The position numbers were made by a program, and so were the translations under genes. The notes under the pieces were generated by a model, which was given only the letters and a program-made list of their open reading frames with translations, did no database searches and was not told where the DNA came from. This document shows, one piece after another, positions 49,873-61,638 of a stretch of DNA of 64,000 bases (position 1 is its first letter; each line of letters opens with the position of its first letter). The DNA lies in assembly GCA_002269645.1 (NCBI GenBank), contig NIVC01000317.1, positions 1-64,000 on the forward strand, written 5' to 3'. This stretch comes from Macrostomum lignano (lineage: Eukaryota).

Positions 49873-50608
49873 TATATTGATTAACTACCTATATCATGTC
49901 TATATCTTGAAACTACATTAAAAAAAACAATATGTTAAAGAAACCAAAAGCAAAACAAAATAGCAAAGCCAAAAGTAGGCCTAGCAATAATTGTTTAAAT
50001 AGGCCTAGGCCCTAAGTCAATATGGTATTCCTTCAATTTATGATTATTTTGTCACTTATATTTTGGTTCATAACCCCATATCATTTTCTATTTTAGTGAT
50101 CATGGCTTGCTCAAAAGAAGCAATTTTTTAACTAGGCTTATTCATTTTACCAGAAAACTAAATGAATTAGCCATCTCCCATGGCATGGCAATTACAAATA
50201 TCTTACATATATCCACTATTGTTCATGATCATTTAAATAGTAGAAATATATATAAATGTTTATGAACCAAAGATCCTAAACCAGCTAAGACAACTATCAT
50301 ATCACAATTGTCAACATAGTTTATGCTTTGCTGTATTTAGTTGTTTTAGAATTCATAAGCAACTATGTAAAAAATATAGAACTAGAAGTTTGACACAAAT
50401 TGCTTTTTATAGCTTTATTCTATCGATTATGGTTCAAAAGTCACAAGTGCTTAAACTTCAAAAACATGATAGATGGGACCTTATTGTGGAATAACCCAAA
50501 TGATTATAAACCAAAAACAAAGTAGATACATAGGATCATCTTTAGTGAACAGTATGTATAGGAATATGAAATGATATAGGCCTAATAAAAAACTTTAACC
50601 TTCAGTCC

Positions 50609-52382
50609 CACGCCTCCCCTGAAGAGAGAATTCGGTCGATACAATATGCCCTGAAAACTACTGATTTCCCATGAATCCATGACCCAGCAGAAGTCCAAAA
50701 AAGCAATCCTAGAAATCCTATCGCATTGTCTGCACAGTGTACAGGTATGCAAAATATTACAGTGACTTTAGTTGATATCGGTATAGAATGAAACTAATCC
50801 ATTCTGCCAGAGCCTCAGAAGTTGGCCTTTCATGGCTGAGTATCGCCTCAGGCCAATCGCATGGAATCGAACCAACTATACATGCATACATTTTTCGCAA
50901 GAGGCAGCTGCTCAGCCTCTCAATTGCTTCATCAGTTGTTTATTGTTGGAGTGCGGCCGAGCTCTGGCGGCCCGTCTCTGTTCTGTCCAGCTCTCGGCCT
51001 GCCCAGGACAGTGCGGGACTCACATATAGGCTGATTTTGGATTTCACACGGTTTATCTGTGCACTGCGGCTGCCTGGCTTTTTTATTGCATTTTGCACTT
51101 GGTGACCGGCACTTCAGCATTTCACTGCTGAGATTTGTCAACTCGAAAGCTCAGCTTCTCTACTCTCCATAAGATCCCAGCTCAGCTTCTTTGTTCTCTA
51201 TCAGATCCCAGCTCAGATCATGCAGACTCCGCTCAATAAACGCTTGTTTTCTCATGCTTCGAGAAAGCGCTAAACTATCAAAAAAATGCAGCTGGCTGGC
51301 AGCCCAGCCTCCGCCCGTCATCTCTGAGCACAGAAGCGAAGGTGCAGTGAGGGGGCAGGCAGGGTGCTAAAGCACAATGCAGAGTCTCCATTGTGCAAGG
51401 CTGGGGCTGCAACTCTTTCGGGAGCAGCTGCCACTGCAGCCTCAGACAGCTCAGCTTTGCGCTGGTCATCTCGGCAGCCTCATCGCTAAATGAATCTCCA
51501 AGCTTCATCTGGAACGGCCCCACCCAGCTCAGCACTCGCAGTGCGACAGTCTGGCGTCATAAAAGCCCGCAAAGAGAAAACTACTCGAGTTCGCAATCAC
51601 CCCATACTGGCCTCTCGAACCACCCAACCCCCGCAACTCCTGCCTGAGATAATAAATAAGTCTAGCTAGAATGCAGCTCCATTCAGCTCACTACTCAAAA
51701 CAGACCGAGTACAGCACTGCTGGTTGCCCCCGGAGTCTGCCAAACTGCAGGGAGGCTGACAGAGCGGTGAGCTGGCCTGAGAATAGCGAGCGAGCAGAGA
51801 TACAGAGAGGTTAAGCTGGCCTCTCTAACCACCCGCTGCCTACAGCTCGACTGCGTTTTGTCTTAAAAAGCCATTGTGACCATGCTCGCATATCATAATT
51901 CGATGGCTCTCAGGCCATTCAGTGCGTGCTCAAGCCTGTCTGTTGCTGCTGGCTGCAGGTGGCAGGAATGCAAAATGCAGCGAATTGCTGCGGCCGAGAG
52001 CTGGACAGAGTGGAGACGGGCTGCCGGAGCTCGGCTGCACTTTAATAGTAAACAACTGATGAAGCAATTGAGAGGCTGAGCAGCTGCCTCTTGCGAAAAA
52101 TGTATGCATGTATAGTTGGTTCGATTCCGTGCGATTGGCCTGAGGCGATACTCAGCCATGAAAGGCCAACTTCTGAGGCTCTGGCAGAATGGATTAGTTT
52201 CATTCTATACCGATATCAACTAAAGTCACTGTAATATTTTGCATACCTGTACACTGTGCAGACAATGCGATAGGATTTCTAGGATTGCTTTTTTGGACTT
52301 CTGCTGGGTCATGGATTCATGGGAAATCAGTAGTTTTCAGGGCATATTGTATCGACCGAATTCTCTCTTCAGGGGAGGCGTG
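50609..52382. mobile_element. Non-autonomous Chapaev-like (CMC superfamily) DNA transposon, 391-bp TIRs, 4-bp TSD GTCC
   Basis: 50609-50999 is the reverse complement of 51992-52382; termini CACG...CGTG; GTCC at 50605-50608 and 52383-52386; no transposase ORF seen inside. Confidence 0.88.
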
Positions 52383-53009
52383 GTCCATGATTGTTTATAT
52401 GAATTTTATCATTTATAGTAAATAATTATAAACCAAACTGAATTTATTGGACCCTTTTTATCAAATAGTTATATCTATATAAACATCTCTATATTATTTT
52501 ATTCTGGTTAGCATTGCCATTTGATTGTTTGATGACAAAAATAAAAAAGATTTAAATGATTTTGGATTAGGGGCCTATTAGTTTGAAATGATTAAAAATA
52601 CATTCTTTGTTATCTTTCTTATGGGGATCTTTACCAATTTCAAGGACTATTAAGTATAAACCAAGGGAATGGCATCAATGCTATCTAGAGCAATGAGAGT
52701 TAGTTCTTATAAATTTATTTGAACTTTGAAATTCTATATATTAAGTATAACTATGTCATAAGACTAAGTAGGCCTATACTTATTATATAAATACTATATT
52801 GCCTTGGCATAATAAAGGCAACATGGTAGCATACACTATCTATATAATAGTAGTAGGCCTATGAAAGTTTGAGTTATAACTTATATTATTAGGCCTAAAG
52901 GCCTAGTACTAACACTTAATAGATTTTAATTGACTTTATCAATTAATTAACTACACAGTATTATCAATGTGATGTAATTGAGGACTAGGGCCTAGCCCCA
53001 CAGTAAGTA

Positions 53010-54729
53010 TTGGTTTTGTCAGCCTAACTGAGAATAAAGCCATCTAAAGTGAGAATCCTGCCTATGCTGACTGCGAAGGGCCTGGCTGCGTGCAGCCTTA
53101 GTCTATGGGCCATAGACAATAAAGGACAAGCAAAGTGATAAAAAGCCATCCAATGTGAGAATCCTGCCTACGCTGAATACGAAGGGCCTAGCTGCGTCCA
53201 GCCTAGTCTATAAGCCATAGACTATAAAGGACAAGCAAAGTTTTAAAAAGGCATCCAATGTGAGAATCAATCACTTTTTCTCTTTCCTCCAGCTCTCTCC
53301 ACTCCTCCAAGCGCAACTCCTCCATCACTGCTTCTCCATCACCCACAGTCTCGTTGCTTTCTTGCCTATTTATCCAACACTTAGAATTAACAGAGTTCAG
53401 TCTTCACCACTGCAATAAAAATGCCCGCCTCATCTGTGGACTGCTAGTGACTCATTGTGGCCATTGAAAATGGAAGCTCACTAAGGGAAGCAGCAGCCGT
53501 CCTGCAACTGCTTGTCTCAACTGCCTATAGAATTGCCTATCAGCATTGCCTAGAAGGAAGAACTGAGGCACTTCCTTGCAGTGGTCAACGACTTTTTAAA
53601 GTTGATGATGAAATGCGGCAATTTCTGAACCAGAAGCTGCAAGAGAACCCCTTCCTAACATTAAAAGAGATGGCCAGCTGCATGGCTGCACAGTTTCTGG
53701 AGAAGCCTCAAGTGGGGTAAAAGACGTTGATCGGATGCTCCAAGGGATGCTATACACCCTGAAGCTCGGAACAAAGGGCAGTGACACCAGAGCAAGCTGC
53801 AATCTGCCTGAAAACATTGAGGCCTGGAGAGAATATGCCAACTTCATGCTGCACCTTGCCGCCTCCATACACATCATCTATTTGGACGAAACTGGATTCA
53901 ACTTGTGGCTATGGCGATCGCAAGGCCGTGCTATCAGGGGTTGCCCTGTTAAGCGGACTGTGACGAAACAAAGAGGCCCAAAGGTGACCGTCTGCATGGC
54001 TATCTGTGCAGAGTTTGGCCTAGTGCACTTGACCGTGCAGCGGGGTGGTCAGACGCTGGTTTGCTTCCAGGAGTTTATCAACTTCTTGGCACAGCGATGC
54101 AATGAGCTCGATGCCGATGGAAGCTGGCTGGTTGTGATAAATGGCCCGCACTTCCACAGGGGAGCCAGGGTGCCAGAGCAACTATAAGAGAAGATCTTGA
54201 TTCGCATCCTGCCGCCATACTCACCCTTCCTCAACCCATTAGAACTGGCCAACAGTGCACTGAAGGCACAGATCAAAAGCTGCTTGGCAGATGCTGGACT
54301 AGTCAACGAGGAGGCCATTGCTCCAGATGGCGTCAACCAAGAGGAGTGGCGATTCATGCTGTTAGAGAGGGAGGTGCGCGAAGTGATTGACGACACAATC
54401 ACTGCTAGGAAGGCTGCCGCGTGGGACCTACATTGTAGACGACTCTTTGGGTAGTGCATTGAGGGACGGCTATTTTAACTCTTTACTTCCTGTTTCCATT
54501 ATTCCATTCAAGCTATTGGCTAGTCATATGGCTCAGAAGGTATAAAAATAAAAGAATACAACACATAGACCAATTGATTCTCACATTGGATGGCTTTTTA
54601 TCACTTTGCTTGTCCTTTATTGTCTATGGCCCATAGACTAAGGCTGCACACAGCCAGGCCCTTCGCAGTCAACGTAGGCAGGATTCTCACTTTGGATGGC
54701 TTTATTCTCAGTTAGGCTGACAAAACCAA
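53010..54729 (+). mobile_element. Degenerate Tc1/IS630-like DNA transposon with long IR/DR-type TIRs and TA flanks
   Basis: TA|TTGGTTTTGTCAGCC...GGCTGACAAAACCAA|TA; inverted arms of ~260 bp (left) and ~160 bp (right). Confidence 0.88.
53421..54454 (+). pseudogene. IS630/Tc1-family transposase pseudogene
   Basis: HTH-like SLREAAAVL...STAYRI, IIYLDETGFN, LPPYSPFLNPLE; second catalytic Asp region degenerate (VVINGPHFH); stops and a frameshift. Confidence 0.85.
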
Positions 54730-56819
54730 TACTAGATCTAGGCAAGGGCCTATATCATTAATGTAGGCCTACTGGGGCCTAGGCCTATGCTATATTATTA
54801 TTGAAATTCTACCCTCGCCCTAATGTTTTTAAGCTAACAACATTAAGCTACATTAAGCTAATGTTTTTAATGCTGTTAAACATTAAGCTAAGGCCTAATA
54901 TTGTGAGAATTTTATTAATAAGCCCTCCACTAAAAAGATACATCATTCATAGAAGTGAACTGAATTAGGCCTAATGCATGACCACGAACTACGAGTGTAA
55001 GTATAGCCATGCAAAATTATGACATGGGAGTTGAGCCATAAAACAACAAGCAGACAATCAGCTGATACATCTGGCGCCACTTATACTATAGGGGCCTAAT
55101 TTGTAGTGTAAGGCCAAAATGTGACAAGAAAAAAATTTTAAAGAATTAAATAATAAACATAGTTATATAGAATAATACATATAGACTATATATACCGTGC
55201 TTATAAATCCAGACATAGAAATGAGAGCTTATGATTGTCTTTTCTCTGGTTGTCATGCTCAAGATGGAGCAAAACAAAGACGGATGTGTGCACAACTAAA
55301 CACTCCGTAAACCGGTACTGCGTTACAAAAATTGAGGTGGTAAAACAAAAAAAACACTGTATCACAAAGTTCAAATAAAAAACTGCCAAAAGTAACATTT
55401 TAAATTAAAAAAACAAAGAGTTCTAAGATTATAACTTGTTTGGCATTTAATAAGTGCTTTCTATAATGAACTCTTTTTTGGTCCTTTGGTTTAAATTTTG
55501 CTGAATATTAGGTCCAATTTAAGTACCATGACAACAAGAGCCAAGGCTCCTGAGATATAGGCTTGACGTTCGTTCTCAGAAGGTCGGATCAAATGATTTC
55601 TTTGGGTGGTAAAAACTACAATACAACATACAATATACTATAATACAATGATTATATGCAGATCTCAAATTTTATGATTCATACCATGACACTTGACGTA
55701 CACTGTAAATGTACATACAATATTCATGGAGACTGATAAGCAAATTCTTAATTGAAATAAAAACAAAATTGATGACAGGCACTTTGCAATGGCAACTGTT
55801 TACATGCCCTTTGAACAATAGTCAGCCCACCCAGTCCCAGATCGGACACATTCCAATGCAAAAACGTAGATAATTTAATTTCTACATGTACGAGAATACG
55901 AGCGTAATACAATTATGTGACCCTTTTGTTTGGAGTGCAATAAATGTGAGTTAATCTAGTATTTTTTAAATAACAAATAATATTGGTTAGTTATTGAGCC
56001 AGAGTCTCGAGTTTATTGACGCATGAGGAAAAATCAATTCCGAGCACAACAGATTTACCGCGGCAAAACGGCCTAAAAGAACAGCAGTAATTGAAGTACA
56101 ATAAAGTCAATTAAAAATTTACGCTACATTTGACCTGTAGCATTATTGCACTGGCGAACTAAGGCCTAGTTGCATGATCAAATCAATATGCTGGTCCATA
56201 CAGAGCATATCCGCAATCACCGAATCTCCAGGGCCTGCGGGGCTGGAGCCCTGGATTTACTGCTGACGCCAGGCCGCGCCCTGCCCAACAGGTGTAGTAG
56301 CAGAGGAAATTTGATTCAAAGCGGAGTTATAGAGATGCCAAAGCCCAATCTAATCAATCGCAAAGTCTGCTTGTCTTTCGGCAATACTGAAATAAGAGCC
56401 AAGCAGTTTCTTCTGATAGCTTTCGAAGAAATATCCCATTACCGCGAATCGATCCTCTGGTTTTATCACTATTTTACCACAGGAATTATTTAACTGTAGT
56501 AAAATGTTGATTGAAATAAAAAATACGAACGTTTTTTTCAGGTTTGGATTAAATTATGCCGGACTTTCATAAGTACGTCACCACAAACTACGCCTCTGGC
56601 TAGATGAGTCTCTGGTCCAAACCTCAAAAATGCTTGCAGATCCCCGCCCGGGGGAGCATTTGGTCCGACAGAACAGCTGACGGCTTCAGTGCAAGTCTCT
56701 CTAGCTGGTTCATACGCCATCAAACGTCCGCAACAGACAGAAACAACACAAAAATGACATTCCAGAGGCAGTGAACAGTCTGTGATTTGAAATCTAACTA
56801 ACAAAAGAGCACCTCAATT

Positions 56820-57101
56820 ATGGAAAATTTCGCTGAAAGCAACGCGGCGTCTACAACACCGTCGGCGACTCCCCGCTCGGCTTCACGCCCAGCGGAGACG
56901 GCGACAGCATCGGCTGTGGCAAACTCAGCGTCGAACTCCGGACTGAAGTTTGGCCAGGCTCTGATCCTGCCAGACGGCCAGCTGGTCCTGGTGAGCACGA
57001 GCAGCCAAAGCCTCCAGCATCAGCAGCCGGCTCGAACCGTCCTCAGCCACAGGTTTGTCAGCCAACAGACAATTTTAAGCTCCGCTGTGCAGCAGCAGCA
57101 A

Positions 57102-57160
<59 letters not shown>

Positions 57161-57189
57161 GCAGCAGCAGCAAGTCCGGCAGCAGATTA

Positions 57190-57220
<31 letters not shown>

Positions 57221-58178
57221 CTACATCCTTCATCCAATTCGTCAACAGCCGGTTGTGTGCGCTCAGCCCGTGTACTATCTTCAGTGCCTGCCTGCCAGGC
57301 ATCACGTTGCCTCGGTGCACCAGCCACAAGTGATTCCAGCGCCAGTTCGCCGGGCCCAACAGTTTGGCACAAGTGTGCAAATTGTGCAGCAGCAGCAACA
57401 AAATCATATTCGATGCCAGCAGCAGTTCAAACCAGCCGTCGCCGCTGTCATTCGAGCACCGTCGACTCCACCGCCTTCATCGTCTTTGTCTTCTTCTTCC
57501 TCGTCTCTGTCGTCGTCGTCGTCCTCGTGCTCCTCGGCATCATCGGCCGCGCCCAACAAAACTCTTCGCGTGATGCCGAGGATCGCCGCCGACTCGCCGG
57601 CCCAGCTTCAGCAGCAGGCCATTGAAAACCAGCGGCAGCAGCAGCAGGCCTGGTCCACCTGCGCGCTGCCCATTTCGGTGGCGAAGCCTTCCTTCATCGG
57701 CACCAGGCTGGAGCATCATCAAGGAGCCGGCAGTCTCGACAGGCGCCAGCGGCATCGGGAGGAGGCCCCGCTGATGAAGCCGCAGCACCAGCAGCGTCGG
57801 GCCTGCGGCTGGGAGGAGGCGACGCGGCTCTTCTACGAACGGCTCTGGCAGCGAATGCGGAGCCGCGACTCCTGCGAGGTGCTGGCCAGACGGCATCACA
57901 AGCTTGGCGGCGCTGCCGCAGCCGCTGCCGCTGCTGCCGCTGCCGCTGCTGCCGCCGCCGCCGCCGCCGCTGCCGCCGCACCGACTCCAAGCGATGCTTC
58001 AAAAGATGACAACGCCTCGAGCGGCTCCGCGAGCGGCGTAGGCGGCAGCCACACCTTCGCGATCCCCATCAACGCCAAGCTGTTTGAGAAGGCCTGCACG
58101 ATTCCTTTGCCACCAAAGGACGCCGTGTACTTGTGGCCGCTGACAAAATCGGCTACCGCTGTTGAGACGCCAAGATGA
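56820..58178 (+). CDS. Intronless 452-aa low-complexity protein (polyQ, polyS, polyA) of unknown function
   Basis: Long open frame with GC3-rich codon usage like neighbouring genes, non-repetitive islands (WEEATRLFYERLWQRM; AIPINAKLFEKACTIPLPPKDAVYLWP) and an upstream CTAAC...AG acceptor-like site; no family recognised. Confidence 0.65.
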
Positions 58179-59344
58179 TGCCACTTGGACAGGTGGGTCG
58201 TCAATATTCAAAAGTGCATTGCATCGATAATCTCTTGTGTATTTAATCTCGATGTGTTTGAGAACTGTGAACTCGTTTCCAACTGTGATTACCCACTGCT
58301 CACGCCTATGCACGTATCTCGCATTTTTATTTTATATTGGGTTCATTAAATTTGTGTTTTGTGGTCAGCTTCAACCGCTATATGAGTATAGAAACTGATG
58401 CTATTAAGTCTTAAAACGTTTTAAACAGAAAAATTTCAACAATATTCAAATTTAAAATCAAAACGCGCGACAACTTTTTTGAAAGGGAAAATGAAAACCT
58501 GACAAAAGTTAAGATCAATAAAAAACCCGCTGACCAAAGAACCAAATTTATTAGTTTGCAGAATCTGGAGAGCTGGAAGGACAGTTACAGCTTATGCTAA
58601 TTAATTTTTGCTTACCTGGATTAATCTCAAATACTTTTCCTGACCTCAGCAATGGCTGTGCGCTAAACTAAACTATAGTACAACTCTGATTGCCGCCATG
58701 GACCTAGAAACCCAGTATTTTATAGGGCTAGATAAACTGTCCCCAAGTCTTACAAACCGAGTTTCTGTGTCGCGTTAATTCATTCCCAGTTGAATATTTG
58801 TAAAGGCGAAACGCGTTCGGAGGGAAAATGTGTTGGCGAAAATGCCGAGTTCTCCTCCGCGGATTTCCAAACTGATTGATTTATGTAATGCAGCAGGTAA
58901 TTTCTGTTGTCTCCAAGCTGCAAAGTTGTCATAAAGCATACAAATATTTTCGTTTTTAATAACTATTGGCTTTTGTTGACAAACATGAGCGCTCAATATC
59001 GCCCCCGCCCCCCAGTGTGTAATTCAGTTTTGAGGTCTTTGTCGCGAGTTCTTCCCTGCCAAAGAGAATTATATGGAATTCGAACTTAATTTTCTTTGCG
59101 CTGAAAATGTCTTTCTTAAACTGCCAAGCTGTCCCCAATTCTGTTTGCTGCCTTCTCCCATTGGGAGCAGAAATATAAAAACCTGCTCCTCTCCTCAGTC
59201 TGCGAATCCTAGATCCCAAAATGGGATTGTTTCAGGTTTGAAACAGAAATTTAACAAATGGAAATGTCAGTAAGTTGATGATCAAGTATCTGCCTTGCGG
59301 TCTTCTTAATTCATAACGCTTGAAAAGAAGTCATTGGCCACAGC

Positions 59345-59871
<527 letters not shown>

Positions 59872-60604
59872 AGCCCAGCAGCAGGCCAGATGGGATACCC
59901 CAATGTTTATCTCCACCAGCGGCGGCCGAGATGGCGGCGGTCCGATAGCGGCGGGGCTCCGCGGCATCTAATAAAAACGCCCGATACCCCAGGCCGCTTC
60001 TTCCCGGCCCCCCGCCAGCCCGCTGAGGCATTCCTGTCTGCCCAGCCGATGGGATCTTCTGCCACTCGGGATGTTTTGAGTGCCAAACCCCATGTAGCCT
60101 CATAATTTGTTATCCGCCGTGAATTCGCCCAGAAACTGCTGCAGTACTTGTTATTTTTACAGCATTCGACGGTGGAAGGCGCGCAGCAGTGAAACGGCAG
60201 TTTATGCATGTATAATTGAAATCTTTGGCAGAGCAAACTGCCAATGCAGAATTTGGTGAGGGCGGGGGGGCACCGTTTAAAAACGAGCGCAGAGAGTTAT
60301 TTATTTGCACTGGGCATCGTAGCGACACTGTTACAGCAGAACCTGGCCGCTTTCGCCATCCGGATGCTTTTGCTGCAACTTTGGTTGCTGTGCAAAGAGG
60401 CAGGGGGGAGCTGCAGCTGCATCATTTGATACTCGTACAGGAGGGCAGTTAAATCGCAAAATTTTTGATAAAAATTTTCATATTTAAAAATTTTGATGGC
60501 AGAAATATTAAGCAATGAATATATAGGCTTGTCAATTTACACAAAGTCAGTCCGTGTTCTGTTGGGCTTGGGGTTGCCTCTGACCATCGATCGTTCGCGC
60601 AAAT

Positions 60605-61610
60605 GGAGCCACGTCTATTAACTCATCTGGCGCCATGTCTATTAGCCCATCTGGCGCCATGTCTATTAGCCCATCTGGCGCCATGTCTATTAGCCCAACT
60701 GGCGCCATGTCTATTAGCCCATCTGGCGCCATGTCTATTAGCCCATCTGGCGCCATGTCTATTAGCCCATCTGGCGCCATGTCTATTAGCCCATCTGGCG
60801 CCATGTCTATTAGCCCATCTGGCGCCATGTCTATTAGCCCATCTGGCGCCATGTCTATTAGCCCATCTGGCGCCATGTCTATTAACCCATCTGGCGCTAT
60901 GTCTATTAGCCCATCTGGCGCCATGTCTATTAACCCATCTGGCGCTATGTCTATTAACCCATCTGGCGCTATGTCTATTAGCCCATCTGGCGCCATGTCT
61001 ATTAGCCCATCTGGCGCCATGTCTATTAGCCTATCTGGCGCCATGTCTATTAACCCATCTGGCGCTATGTCTATTAGCCCATCTGGCGCCATGTCTATTA
61101 ACCCATCTGGCGCTATGTCTATTAACCCATCTGGCGCCATGTCTATTAGCCCATCTGGCGCCATGTCTATTAGCCCATCTGGCGCCATGTCTAACCTATC
61201 TGGCGCCATGCCTATTGGCTTATCTGGCGCCATGTCTATTGGCTTTTCTGACGCCATGTCTAATAAACTGGCGCCATGTCTATTAGCCCATCTGGCGCCA
61301 TGTCTATTAGCCTATCTGGCGCCATGTCTAACCCATCTGGCGCCATGCCTATTGGCTTATCTGGCGCCATGTCTATTGGCTTTTCTGACGCCATGTCTAA
61401 TAAACTGGCGCCATGTCTATTAGCCCATCTGGCGCCATGTCTATTAGTCCATCTGGCGCCATGTCTATTAACTCATCTGACGCCATGTCTAATAACTTAT
61501 CTGGCGCCATGTATAATAAACCATCTTACGCCATTTCTATTAGCCCATCTGGCGCCATGTCTATTATCCCATCTGGCGCTATATCTTTATCAACCTGGCG
61601 CCAACCGCAA
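60605..61610. repeat. 24-nt minisatellite (ATCTGGCGCCATGTCTATTAGCCC) just 3' of the M28 peptidase stop
   Basis: About 40 tandem copies; explains the MAPDGLID and LAHLAPCL ORFs. Confidence 0.96.
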
Positions 61611-61638
61611 TCAATCAAAGCCAATTCGAATCCATCGT

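Noticed and set aside
53735-54454. Stop-codon readthrough restoring an active transposase
   Set aside because: Multiple lesions (TAA stops, a frameshift, a degenerate second catalytic Asp) indicate ordinary decay.
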